Part shown: one piece after another, positions 10,758 to 25,102 of the stretch
How positions within the stretch are numbered: position 1 is the stretch's first letter
Layout: the number at the start of each line of letters is the position of its first letter
Origin: Folioceros fuciformis
Lineage: Eukaryota
DNA: 53,775 bases
Direction of reading: 5' to 3'
Assembly: GCA_049999805.1 (NCBI GenBank)
Contig: JBNGIO010006293.1
Span: 214,166-267,940, forward strand
Program-made: the position numbers and the translations under genes
Notes under the pieces: model-generated
What the model was told of the DNA's origin: nothing
The model's database searches: none
Seen by the model: only the letters and a program-made list of their open reading frames with translations

Positions 10758-13415
10758 ATGGCGTCCTCCATAGCTCAAGTGAGTGGCGTCAGGTGTGCAA
10801 GCTCGATAGCCTCGCAGTCGACTGCCTCCTCCAGTAGCAACAAGGGGGAGGCATGCCGGGGAATGGCGAATTTTGCTGGCCTCAAGAGCACCACCGGGTT
10901 GCCCCTCGCTTCGTCTCTGGAGAGCATGTCATTGAAGAGGAGGGTGTTGAAGTGTCTGAAGGCAGGAAGGGCGAGCCAGAGAGCGGCTGTGGTCTGTATG
11001 GCAGCTGAGGGTATGGTTTCAGGCTTGGTCTCTATCGTCTGTGCGAGAACGTGGTGCGAAGCGTCTGCGGTTGGATGCGGCTGCCTCTGACCTTTGTTGT
11101 CTTGTTTGTTCAGATAAGCGAGTGGTTCCTTTATCTGACTACCGCAACATAGGTATCATGGCTCACATAGATGCTGGAAAGACCACGACGACAGAGAGGA
11201 TTTTGTTCTACACGGGTAGGAACTACAAGATTGGGGAGGTCCATGAGGGCACTGCCACAATGGACTGGATGGAGCAAGAGCAGGAGAGGGGAATCACTAT
11301 TACTTCTGCTGCCACGACGGCTAAGTGGAACAACCACCGTATCAACATTATCGATACACCAGGGCATGTGGATTTCACTCTTGAAGTTGAGCGAGCTCTG
11401 AGAGTCCTTGATGGAGCTATCTGTCTTTTTGATAGTGTGGCTGGCGTTGAGCCGCAGTCTGAGACCGTGTGGCGTCAGGCGGATAAATATGGCGTTCCTC
11501 GAATCTGCTTTGTGAACAAGATGGACCGACTGGGAGCCAACTTCTTCAGAACCAGGGACATGATCGTGAGCAACCTTGGTGCTGTTCCCTTGGTGTTGCA
11601 GCTTCCTATCGGTGCCGAGGATACTTTCTCTGGAGTAGTGGATCTTGTGACGATGAAAGCCATTGTTTGGAGCGGAGAGGAGCTGGGGGCGAAGTTCGAG
11701 GTGGTTGATATCCCTGAGAACTTGCAGGATCTTGCTGCAGACTACAGGGCTAAGCTGATCGAGACTATCGTTGAGCAGGATGATGCTGCCATGGAATTGT
11801 ACCTAGAGGGAGTGGAGCCATCCCTGGAACAAATTGTGCAGCTCATCAGGAAGGGGACCATCGCCTCTGCCTTCGTACCTGTCCTTTGTGGATCCGCCTT
11901 CAAGAACAAGGGTGTCCAACCTCTGCTGGATGCAGTGGTTTCATACTTGCCGTCACCTTTGGATGTCCCTCCAATTAAGGGATGCGACGTGGATGATCCT
12001 TCTGTTGACGTAGTAAGACTGCCTAGCGACGCTGAACCTTTTTCAGGGCTGGCATTCAAGATTATGAATGATTCGTTTGTTGGTTCCCTTACATTTGTAC
12101 GTGTGTATTCGGGAACGATATCCGCTGGAACCTATGTCGTCAATGCCAACAAAAACAAGAAGGAGAGAGTTGGGAGGTTACTGGAGATGCATGCTAACAG
12201 TCGGGAGGATGTAAAAGTCGCTAGAACAGGAGACATTATTGCCCTTGCTGGTCTGAAGGATACCATCACAGGAGAGACTCTGTGTGACCCAGACAAACAG
12301 GTGATTTTGGAGAGGATGGACTTCCCAGACCCTGTCATAAAGGTTGCCATCGAGCCCAAGACGAAGGCAGATGTTGACAAAATGTCTGCGGGTTTGATCA
12401 AGCTGGCTCAAGAGGATCCCTCCTTCCATTTCTCCAGGGATGAAGAGACTAACCAGACAGTCATTGAGGGCATGGGAGAGCTCCATCTGGAGATCATTGT
12501 GGACAGGCTGAAGAGAGAGTTCAAGGTAAGTTTCAGCACCTTCTGTGTCCTCGTACCACAGAGGACGATCAATACTCAAGATCTGACTTTATTGCTGATT
12601 TTTTGTTGCAGGTGGAGGCCAACGTTGGGGCTCCCCAGGTAAATTACAGGGAGAGTATTGGAAAGCAAGTGGAGGTGAAGTACGTTCACAAAAAGCAGTC
12701 AGGTGGTCAGGGGCAGTTTGCTGAGGTGGTCATCCGATTTGAGCCTCTTGAACCAGGATCTGGGTACGAGTTCAAGAGTGAAATCAAGGGTGGAACAGTG
12801 CCCAAGGAGTATGTTCCTGGTGTGGTGAAGGGATTGGAAGATATGATGAGCAATGGTGTGCTTGCCGGGTATCCTGTGGTGGATGTCCGAGCTGTGCTGG
12901 TGGACGGTTCCTACCACGAGGTCGACTCAAGTGTGTTGGCCTTCCAGCTTGCTGCTCGTGGAGCTTTCAGAGAGGGCGTTTCAAAAGCAAACCCAAGGCT
13001 GTTGGAGCCTGTGATGAAGGTGGAGGTGGTGACCCCGGAAGATAACATGGGTGACGTGATCGGTGATCTCAACTCCAGGCGTGGTCAGATCAACAGCTGC
13101 GGAGACAAGCCCGGTGGCATGAAGGTTTGTTTGTTTGTTTTGTTCTCCTTGGCCCAAACTTTCTGGAGAAATCCAGTCCAGGTCTGGTAACAGTCCTGAT
13201 TTACTGGAAGCTGGATTCTTACTTGCATATTGCTGATTTTCCAGGTGGTTGATGCTTTGGTGCCACTATCGGAGATGTTTCAGTATGTGAGCAATCTCAG
13301 GGGCATGACAAAGGGCCGCGCTTCGTACACAATGCAGCTTGCGCAGTTCGAAGTGGTTCCTCAGCATATTCAGAACCAGATCACTGCCAATGCCAAGACC
13401 GCCTCAGTCGCTTAA
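10758..13415 (+). CDS. EF-G: plastid translation elongation factor G
   Basis: Exons 10758-11010, 11114-12525, 12612-13124, 13245-13415. Ser/Ala-rich transit peptide, then [25 protein letters not shown] and NKMD GTPase motifs and the EF-G domain IV/V sequence. Confidence 0.96.
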
Positions 13416-13647
13416 TTTTTGTAGGCTAGATATGTGTTGGACTTTAACTCAGCTCTGATTTTTTCCGAGACATGTACACAGTCTCTATAGTCCATAGCCA
13501 GTAAATCTTGTCTGACATGCCGGGACCCAGCCAAAAGGGTGGGCACAATGTATCGTGTATTGTTCACAGATAGACCACTTGGAGTGAACCGATAATGGCG
13601 TGACTTGCTGTACACCACTCTGTATCCGCACCCAATTCCAAGGTAAC

Positions 13648-14786
<1,139 letters not shown>

Positions 14787-15204
14787 TCAAAGTCCTACAA
14801 AACATGGAGACACCAAACCCTAAACCCGTCCCCCATTGAAGCAAGAGCACGAAAGTGAAGGATACCCTCGTGAAAGGGAGAGTGGCTCGTCAACAAGTTG
14901 CAGGATGTTCCCTCCTCTCGTACCATTCCAGAGCTCAGAGTCATGCCAACTTCATTCTAGCTCATGCCTTGTGGCTAAGGCCTAAACAAGTGAAGATTCG
15001 ATGCTATCCAGGTATCATGACATTCATGTCGCTTCCACAGCAAAGAAACTTCCATCTAGTTTAGGAAAACAAGATGAAAACTTGTCATGATTTATCCCCT
15101 AAAAGATAAATCATGATCATCACTGCTAATAGCACGGATGGTGTTGAGAATGATGTTCGAAGGACTAAGTAGCCATGTGACCTTGGGCGGTGGAGGGTTG
15201 TATA

Positions 15205-15656
15205 ACTTCTCCCTACACAAAGTCTATAAGCATTCTCCCTACAATATATGGGTAGGGTTGTACACGTAAGTCTATAAGCATTCTCCCTACAATATATGGG
15301 TAGGGTTGTACACGTACCAAAGTGCATAAGTATTCTCCCCTGTCATCCCACGGGGCTATGGGCAAGCACTTTTCAAGGTTCATCAAAAAAGTGTGCCAAG
15401 ATTTATCAGAGTCATGGGACTTTTTCTCTTAAGACTCATGGGGCTATGGGCAAAGACTTGTCAAGGTTCATCAAAAAGTGCACCAAGATTTATCAGAGTC
15501 ATGGAATGGTGTTCTGCCTCTTTCATCTATGGTGGCCTTCTTTCAACAAGGTATATCTATTGCTTTGCAAAAAGAATTAGCAACAAGGTATATCTATTGC
15601 TTTGCAAAAAGAATTAGCAACAAGGTATATCTATTGCTTTGCAAAAAGAATTAGCC
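15205..15656. repeat. cluster of short tandem duplications (48-bp x2, about 87-bp x2, 37-bp x3)
   Basis: agtctataagcattctccctacaat at 15221 and 15269; ggggctatgggcaa...gatttatcagagtcatgg at about 15352 and 15439; caacaaggtatatctattgctttgcaaaaagaattag at 15544, 15581 and 15618. Confidence 0.9.
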
Positions 15657-16233
15657 AATGCGGTTTCTTGGACACCGGTGGTTAGTAGGCATTGAAAATG
15701 ATGTTGAAAGGCATTTTTTTATTCCAGATTTTGGGACTTAGTTTTTTGAAAATGATGTTTGAAGGAGCTAATACCCCTTTTGGCATATGACTCTCTTGGA
15801 GTTGTTCCTCCTATCTTTGGAGTAGATGAGACTTTCTGTCTCTTTTTCAATAATAGAAAATACTTCCTAATAGCACCTAAAATATATGGTGTGTAATGAA
15901 AAAAAAAACCATTGGAGTTGCTGATTGTATATGTTTCATAACTACATTCACCTTGTCTTCTATTGCAATCTTATCTCACCAATACAATAAAATGATATTT
16001 TTCAATAAAAATATAGTATTTCTCATTCCAACATATAGTATTACCTTCGAATGAAATCAATATTTTAATTTTTCAATCAAATTTTAAAATAATTATGATA
16101 AATAATTAGGTTTATCATATATAATCCTATTGCTAATGGGACAAGAGTATTATGTACAAGGCTTTGCAAGGGTGACCTACTTGGGGATCTTCTATGGAAG
16201 GAACAATTTTATAAGGTTGGATTTGTAAAGGAT

Positions 16234-16260
16234 ATAATAATAATAATAATAATAATAATA
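16234..16260. repeat. (AAT)n microsatellite
   Basis: About 9 tandem ATA/AAT units read directly. Confidence 0.9.
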
Positions 16261-16299
16261 GCAGAAAAACCATCAATTTATCTTGTGATACAACTTGTG

Positions 16300-18150
16300 A
16301 TTTATGTCAAACCGCATAAGATACGAAGAATGTCAAAACCTTTATAATGGGAATGTACAAATCTTTTCTTTGCTTTTAACACAATCCAACTCTTTTTCTT
16401 CACGGTTGCTTTGTCTTGGATCTTTCTACACATAAGCAAAGACAGACACACATATTTAGAAATCTCCTTAGTGCATCTCATTGTCTGTGAGGTTTTGCCT
16501 CATAGCCATATCCTTCAACTGGTCTTCTACTCCACAATTGGCTACCCATGTGATTTAGTATGAGGGTGCTGAACTTCATCAATTGGTGAAGAGACTTGAA
16601 GGATCTTAGTTTTGACATTACTGCAAGATTAGGCATGTTTGCAGTGTTGTTGTTGCTAGAAAGTATTACAATTGCATGTTCGCTACACACATGCAAGCAC
16701 AAGTCAATTGTGCCTCTTTGCTGGAAGTGAGGCATGACTACTTGATGCACCTAGCACACCCTCCACTTATGCAACCAGCGCATATGGCATGACAATGATG
16801 TGTACTTAGGATAGAAAATGCTGCAATATTGAACCCTAAATTTGTATGTAGCTTTCCTTGTAGGCTAGCGTGGAGATGGCCTTGGAGCTTATGTGTGTCC
16901 CCTCGTAGCAGCATGATCATTGAGAATGTTGGAGCAAGTGTTTGGAGCTTCTGTGGTGGCAACAACTATAGCAAGGGGTGCCCATGGAGCAAGTAAATGT
17001 GGGAAGTCCTTGTTGCCTATACTGCTACTGCTGCTACCAAAGCGGTTGCGTAGCTCAAAAATTGGAGTGGCCTCTACGAGCATGTCATGTTTGTTGATGT
17101 TGCAACATTGAGAGGGTGCTTAGGTATAAGGAAGAGTGGAGGTGTTGCAAGGGGGAGAGGCCATAGGGGGCAAGTGTAACAAGGCATCATTGGAGGGGCC
17201 ACAACAACAGTACTGGGGGAATGTGGAGTGGGGTCTTGCAGAGGATGGGGCTAACAACACAACCCCTATATAAGTTGGTGGCCTAGAACCTGTAGGCTAG
17301 AGAAGCTAGCCATTAAAGGAGTAAGCACCATAGCTTGCTTGTAGCATATGCACTCTTGAAGGCTATTGATCATATTCAGCACCTAGCCTAGAGAGGGCAA
17401 TACAAGAGTGCAGGGCGCTAAAGGAGGTATGCACAGGCATCCAAATGCACATTGCAATAATGCAACACGGTGTGAATTCTGAATGCACATTGCAATAATG
17501 CAACACGGTGTGAATTCCGAAATCTGCTTAATACAGGTTGAGCTGCAACTTGATGATATCAACATCCCAAGAAGGTAAGGAGCATGTATACTTGCTTTGC
17601 TTCATATAGCAGTTGGAAGGTAGGTAGTAGAGGCGCTTTGCTTCACATAGTAGTTGGAGGACATGACCAGAGATCGATAATGGGCATCAACTGTGTGAAG
17701 TACAAGAACATCACTTAGATGCTCATGTAGCATATAGATTGTGCATAGGCTACAGAGCACAGGTGATGTGGGATGTTTTGGTGTGAAAACCTTTTGCCTT
17801 AATCTTGTGCTGAAGGGATATGGCAATAACACAATGCAGATTTCTCTATCCCTTATGCTTGTGTCCTGCATCTATCGGGGTCCCCATGATCGTTGCATCT
17901 AGGGGAATGCCTTTATAGTTTACATCCTCACTTGGTCACTTGCATTAGGGAAATTCCCTTATGCTTTGGTTCCTTGCATTAAGGGGATGATCACTACCCC
18001 AATTGAAACTTTGGTAACATAGAAAACCCTAGCCTCAAACCCTAAAAGGAAAAACATGAACATGGTCTACAAAAGACTGGTCACACATGCTTCTTGTCAA
18101 AAAAAAACTTGTGTAAGACAGAAAAGTTTTGATGGCTGCTGATGCCACTA
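16300..18150. mobile_element. probable highly degenerate transposon-derived DNA
   Basis: Intergenic, CpG-poor and TpG/CpA-rich stretch with no long ORF and a short tandem duplication at about 17448-17520. No diagnostic domain could be recognised. Confidence 0.3.
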
Positions 18151-18510
18151 AACATTATCATATAGGTTTTAACTTCTTGGGGGGCTGGAAGTGATGGGAA
18201 GTTGATCACCAATGTGGGCCACAAACGACGCTGTGATAACCCCACGTATTTTAGAAGGTTCCTTCCTTTAAAGCTTTACTAGAGACAACGTATGCAAACA
18301 ATGGTGAATCCTGGATTCTCCTTTGCCGTATGGGCGATCTACTCATTAACTGTGTCGGGTGACCTAAAGTTAGGTAGGTACTGACATGGTGTCAACTCAA
18401 TTGTGCAGCGAGTTGACAAACCACCGCCTATCAGGATCTAAACCTACATACAGTACCTACCCAGATGTGTCCACAAGAGCGGGAACACAGGGTCCCCAGG
18501 CAATGATGAA

Positions 18511-21395
18511 CTACACAGGCCGGAAGCCATGTCTCAGGGCAGCTTCCCACGTCAAGTCTATCCGGCTGACGTCAATGGCTCCCACTTCGTGATGGTCCCA
18601 GCCCTCCAAGACGTGCACAAGGCCACCAGCATGACACGCATGGGCTACTCCTCGTGGCATTGTCATCTGTCCAGGATACAGGCCGAACACTTTGTCATCA
18701 TGCTGCTACAAGGCAGAGAGACATGGGCGTTTGAGACGTGGTCACTAGGCCCAGAAAGTCGTTACCTCACAGCTTCGAATGCCTTTCATATCCTTCGGTA
18801 ACCGCATGCCAGCTAGCTTGCCGTATGTACAGTCCTCCCGGACCTCGGCAATGGGGGGCACCACGAATTGATGGAAATGTGTGCCGCTGGGAGCCCAACT
18901 TTGGTCTACTGAGCTTGCCCACTTGCCCATGACCCAATGCTGGACGATTTGGGAAGGAGGTCGTCAGGACATGTGGGCTGGCGCACGGACGTAAGGGACG
19001 AACTTGAGGCAAGCGGACATACCTTGCAAGATTTTCCATCTTGGTACTTAGTTGCCTGGATCAGGAGGTGTCGGTGTTCCGGTGGTGCTTCACTCTTGAT
19101 GGCTTCGAAACGATCTTTTGAAGTGGTTAACATCTGCAAGGTGGAGGGGAGCTCGTCAGATAGGATGCGTAATGACACGGGCTACGTCACATGGACACAG
19201 CGAGGGCATAGCGCATACCAGGACTCGCACTCCACGCCCGCAAAGGTACAACCCAATTGCACGTCCAAGCTTAGAGGTAGCTCCTGTCAGGAATATCTCC
19301 TTCACATCCTTGGGGATCTTATCTATCATCACACCTGCTGTAAGAGTGTTCCCATGAACCACTCGGATTCCAAGATTGGGATACTTCTGGACGAAGAGAG
19401 TTCCGCCACCGTTCAGGCCCTCGTTCTGTTAGAGATTATTAGTCAGTACACAAAACAGAAACGGACAAGGCATAAGCAGGAGCTTGAAAAGACGATGTCA
19501 GAGACGCCATGCCTTGTTCAGAGCACCCAAGCTGATCACTTTCGCTCCCTTCTTCTCAGCTCTCAGAATAGCACGCTCTATGAGGCTGTTGATCCTTCGT
19601 TTCTCGAAAGGCAAGAAGTACTGCGAAGTTCAGACACGCAGAGTTAAGGGGCTTCAAAATTGGGGACGAACTTTCTGCGAGAAAACTAATCGACTCATGA
19701 CGTCACTGAAGCCCTTCACGACGCTCACCTGAAAACCAAATCTAGGGATAACCCACGTCTGCAACCGTAGTTTGCCGAGGGTGCGTTTGTCACCCACAAA
19801 TGGCTGGCCGAAGATCCATAGTAACGCCATGACGGGAACCGTTAGCGGCCACAACGGCCAGAGGTACCACTTTGCTGCATAGGGATGTGCAGCAAAAGAG
19901 GGGATGCCAAAGGGAACGTGGAAAGTGGACAGAAGCTCAGTCCCATGCGCGAGAAAGATGAAATCAGGATTGTCTGGTCGACCTGCGAGAGGGGAAACAC
20001 ATATCACTACTTAGCAAACCAATTCAACCATCCACTCGAGATCGTGTCACAAGTTTCCTGATACGGAGAAAGTTATCAGTCAAAAGTGCAAATCCGAAAA
20101 ATGAAGATACCTTTCCTCACTTCTGCATGAAGACTGTCTGAAGATTTATCGACAGTGCCTCCAAGATAGTCGTACAGGGGCATGAAAAGGCAGAAATTCG
20201 TGTGAACTTGCGAATGATGCAGGGAGTGGAATCTGCGAAGGAATCGGCAATTCAGAAAGCAAGCTTGCGAATTTCATGACAGACAGTTCAAGCCCATGTC
20301 CTTGCGACGCAGAGACACCAAAGGGCACAGGAGAAGGACTCACGATGGGGTGTACACAAGGTACTTGAGTGGTGGGAAGGCTCGGAATAACCAGGTTGGC
20401 ATGAATTCAAAGTTGCAGTGCCCTACCGTGTTCATGAAGTCGAACCAAAGCCAGTAGAAGTAAAACATGCCCATGAAAGCATTCCCAAGAATCCAGGTCC
20501 CAAGCATAGGTATGGCAAAGATTGCCGTGTACATGAGGTGTTCTGCAAAGGGGTGCACCGAACCTGCAGGCACAGGATATTGCGACAAAGACTGGAATTC
20601 ATCAGAAAAGCTACACCGAATCCGACGTAGGACCGCATTTCTACATCTGAAGCCATACATACCTGTGATCGGCTCTGTGATGAACGATGCATGATGATGC
20701 GAATGATAGCGTGTGTAGAGGTAGTGGTGATGCAGAGCCCGATGTCCCCAATAGTACACATACTCTGTAGGCCCAATGTGTAGGAGAAGCATGATGATGA
20801 AACCTTTCTGACTCCAGAAAGGCACGTTGGTGAATCCGGGGAGAACAGCACGAACAATTGTTGCCACGAGTACGTGCAACAAAATATAATCCTCCCTGCC
20901 AGTACAAGGACGCTTCTGTTAGTTCGCATAACAGCCAGTTCCATCAAGGACAGCCTGCTGTCCAGCAAATTGCTATGTCGAATGATAAAAGGAGTAATAA
21001 ATGCCGCCTGAATTATACCAGTTGCTCTCACGGTCTACTTGGTCAAAATTGATGCCTTTGGTCTGAATCTGGTACTTGTCCGCAAAATAGTGCCACCTCG
21101 ACAGAGTCATCCACATTTGCCCGTGCAGATACCTCAATGCTGCTACGAGCAACATGTGCAGACAGAAATTGTCTGCGTCATGCCCTCCCAAAAAATTTGC
21201 ATGCACCGCCTTGGCTGCGAACGGGAGATATAGAAGATACTGCATCAAAGAATTGAAATCAGCTCAGCACTTCCTGTGCACCACAAAATCTGCGCACTCA
21301 GCCCAGTTGCCTCAAAGACGAACATCCAAACTTGCCTTCAGGCTGCCGAGCTTCTGCCAGGGCCAGTCGTACAGAAGGCCTGGCTTCATCGCCAT
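18511..21395 (-). CDS. CER1/3: ECERIFERUM CER1/CER3-family (fatty acid hydroxylase + WAX2 C-terminal domain) cuticular alkane enzyme
   Basis: Multi-exon gene: [13 protein letters not shown]..., [71 protein letters not shown], ending [12 protein letters not shown]. Confidence 0.92.
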
Positions 21396-23449
21396 TCCGA
21401 CAGACACTAACAGACACGGCCCTCCGACGCTTTTCTGGTCACAATCTCGTGCAATTCTACTGTCATTCCTCAGCAGCCGAACATGTTGCCGGCATCCACT
21501 AGGGCAGCAGAGGCAATGCGGATGCCTTAAACTGTCAGACAGTGAGATCACGTTGCTGCACTCTACCGACACTTGGAAGGCGCCACACTGAGCCTGCGTT
21601 TTGCAGCAGAGCTACAGAATTTGAAGTGCGGTTAACCTCAGGTTTCCTGCGAACCGGATAGGAAACCAGTCGCCGTTCTGCGACCACGCGGTGACCCTGG
21701 AGTCGTGAAGACACAGCTCCCAGGCATTGACGGATTTTTCTGGCCGCCTTATAACCATTGGCCAATAGGGATGTTCCATTTCTCAACATATCACATTTCG
21801 TATTGGCCTTTCCTGGAGAGAGGCTGGAAGATACCGGATACGAGTCAACCTTTTCAGCTCACAGCATAGAAAAACGACCACCCACCGCAGCAGTCATTTT
21901 TGATCGAACTGAAGCACCAAACGTGTGTTGAAAAAGGAAACCAACTCGCCCGCCACTGAACGCATGACGTCTCTGTAGGCTTTCAGCATCGTTTCAGGGA
22001 CAAGAAGACTTGAAATGAAGAGCCTGTCTGAGATGGCCCAGATATGTCTCTAGATACTTCCTCTCCGGAAAGCACTTCAAAGCAGTGAAGCCGATGAACT
22101 CCTCAAGAGCCAGAGAGATTAATTGGAGGCTCGGATGGAGGCCTCTGGAGATTGATCCATCCGGAGGCAGATGGTGCAATCAGATCTGGAAGCTTCCATC
22201 AAAGCTCCTCTGCAGCTAGAAAGGTTGGTTGGAAGGCATCAGCAGGTGGTGCAACCTGATCCGGAGGAGAGCCAAGGAAGGGCAATAGCTTTTGATTCCG
22301 GACGACATGCCGAGGAGGGGAGCCGAAGGTGCTTAGACCTAGAGTGTCCAGAGCCTGGATAGATACATGCACGAGATGCTACCAGACTCCAGAATGCGCA
22401 ATGTGAGGTTGACTCGATACAATACTGCAGACAATCGTCCATCACTTTCTCTTCTCGCACTTCAATAACTCCTCTTTCAATGCTGTGTGTCAGTTTGCCG
22501 AGAAAACCAGGTGAAGCTGGTGTTCTCCTCCCGTGGCCACAATATTGTTTTAACTTCCCTGCAAACACGGAATCGCTCAGGTCCTAGAAATGTAGATGCT
22601 TTCATGGGTTTACCATCTCTCTATGCCTGTACTGAGTACAGGTTTCTGGCCCTACATCCTCCATGCAGCTGGTACACCGTGTGGCGGAATCCTGCAGCGG
22701 CCACGGCTCGTGAATTCATGTTCTGGTTAGGGTTTCAGCTCCGGCCTAATCCAGCACCCTGGCATCGTTGTGAGAACCTACGGTTTCCATAAGCTTCCGA
22801 CGCGGATCCCGAGCAAGAGCACCCCGGAATGAGAAGCCCTACATACCAGCAAAGAACGACGGAAGGAGCAAATGTGCCCTGATCGGCGAGCATACACAAT
22901 ACATACAGTAATAGCTTTACTGGGGTAGGTGTACGTACAGATGCAACGGGCAGATCCCGAAGGCGGGCGTCGGCTGTCCGTGAGGAGGCTCTGACAGGCC
23001 TGCAACGTGCAGAAGCCAGGTACCCACGCAATCACAGGCTACAGGCTCTGACCTGACCTGACCTGACCAGCTTCGAAAGCTGCTTCTAGCAACAGCGAGC
23101 AGGGCACAGGTGTGCGTGGCCGACATCGCGCCTTTGGAGGCCGAGCCCTGCCTTTTACCCTTGGCTGCCTTGCTTCGCTGTTCTCGATTCCCGCGCCTGA
23201 GCAGTTTGATATCATATCCGATTCCTGTCAGCGGTTGTTTGCGGAGAGTAGTGAGACGGGGCCTACCTTCACCTGGACACCGGAAACACAGCAGCCCGGC
23301 CATCGACATCCACATCCACATCATCCATCCTTACATCCGTAACCATATTGGTACCGTCACAGGTGGGATTCACTACCTCATATTTCTGATAGCTCCAAAA
23401 CATCGGATAGCATATAAGAACTCATGATCGATTAGTCTGCATTTTCTGT

Positions 23450-23758
23450 GTGTCCCTCATTCGCTCTGTAAGGCAGCAATCCAGATATGACCAAATCCCG
23501 TATTCTTCCCCTCTCCCCAGGATAAAACTTTTGAGGACGAAAGATGATACCGCAGGCATTTGCAACATGGCCAACAGCACTGCTCTTCTGAAGTTCTACA
23601 ATGACAACAAGGATGCCAGAGGGTTCTGGTTCAGTAGGAGATGGCTCAAATTCCCTGGAGCATGTCGAAAGCCTGTCCACGACGGAGACACCATCCTCTT
23701 CGAAATGGGAGATGATCCATTACCAGCCGTTGATCCAGTGGCTCTCAGTGCACTGTGA
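23450..23758 (+). pseudogene. possible B3 DNA-binding domain fragment
   Basis: GFWFSRRWLKF...VHDGDTILFE resembles the B3 C-terminal pattern (xxW..F.....L..GD.hxF). No clear ATG or gene structure. Confidence 0.3.
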
Positions 23759-24752
23759 ACTTGAAAGGCCAGGTAGATGGTCTACAATCATGGTCATAAA
23801 ACTGAGGAGCAGAATGACAGAGAGGGACGAGTTTTTTGAACCGCTTGCACATATCCGGCTACAGTGCAGGCTTCGCAAAGGTACTGAACAGGTGAGGTGA
23901 GTATCAGCAGACAATGATTCTTTTGAGCCAAAAACACAGCAGAAGAGGGCAATGACTGGCTTTCCTTGGTGAGCCAGAAGTCGTCTCATCACACATCAAA
24001 GCACACTCTCCTCCCTTTCAACTTGTGCTGTGATTCATGAGAACTTCCAACCACTCACTGCATGTCCTGCCATCGTCTGTGATCCGTCATTCTAGAAGGC
24101 GGAGATGGTCCATAAGCGTTCTTCACCAGGGATCTGATGCCGCCGAGGCACCCCCTAGTCCACAGCAATAAGTAATCAGATAATTTCTTGAGCGTATCTT
24201 CGGGAGGAAACCAAGCCGACTGCTGGAAATGACACCGCAAGCTGCGTGCCAGCAACCGGGAGGCCGGAATCGTTAAAAATGATGACGGGGAAAAACAATT
24301 CTACGGCCGGAAAGGCTGGGCCGGCAATTCATCCCGGATGATTGCATCTTTGTACCACACTGCACATGCCACATTCAAAGCCCTTGCTCATCCTTCCCAG
24401 ATTAGCCGCACCACATTGAATGACTGCCGAGTGCATTCCCGGGCGCCGTTGCACGAAATCGATTCCTGAATCAAACAATTTGCGCTCCAAGCGTCCGAAC
24501 CAAACCAAACTATACGTAACACAGTAGTTAAACAGCGCGAGGCGTGGTCCTTACAGCAATACAATCCGTTGTTGCGCGGTGGGCCTCTTCACACTTTTTT
24601 CCCACACCGCCGATGATGGCTGGAAAGCCCGGAGCCTCGCGACTTGCACGGAGCAGCGGGACGGAGTTCCTGCTGTGGCACAGCACTTTGTTGGAACAGT
24701 CGGGCTAATTGAAAATTATTTAAATTCGAAATCTCTTTCTTTTGAAAGGGGA

Positions 24753-24826
24753 GCTCCCGTAGCTCAGTTGGCTAGAGCATTGGTCTTATGAGCCAAAGGT
24801 CGCGGGTTCGACCCCCGCCGGGAGCA
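24753..24826 (+). tRNA. tRNA-Ile (anticodon UAU), intronless
   Basis: Acceptor GCTCCCG/CGGGAGC plus discriminator A; D-arm AGCTCAGTTGGCTAGAGC; anticodon stem TTGGT/GCCAA with loop CT-TAT-GA; T-loop GGTTCGA; TTTT shortly downstream. Confidence 0.95.
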
Positions 24827-25036
24827 CATCCCGCATAGCCATTTTCGCCACTTGCTAAATCATTGCAGTCGAACATATTTTAGTGTACTATCCCCTCGTG
24901 AATGCCGCTAGTTGGATCCCCCCTGGACTTGTCCCATGCCCATTATGAAACGTCCGTTGAAAATTCTGGTTGCATAAAGGCTTAAAAGCTGTCCCAAAAG
25001 CAAGACCAGGGACAGAAGACAGTCGTGGCAAAAGCA

Positions 25037-25102
25037 GGCCGGGCTCTTAATGAGCCTCTAAAATTGGGGCTGGTTTTACGGCCCCGCATTAAGAGCCCGG
25101 CC
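25037..25102. repeat. perfect 16-bp inverted repeat (hairpin)
   Basis: ggccgggctcttaatg (25037-25052) and cattaagagcccggcc (25087-25102), with a 34-nt spacer that is partly self-complementary. Confidence 0.85.

Noticed and set aside
15544-15656. 37-bp repeats of CRISPR-like length
   Set aside because: They are head-to-tail with no spacers, in a eukaryotic context with no cas genes.
24742-24758. gaaaggggagctccc resembles the 3' end of miR319
   Set aside because: It overlaps the tRNA acceptor stem, and the miRNA 5' half and hairpin are absent.
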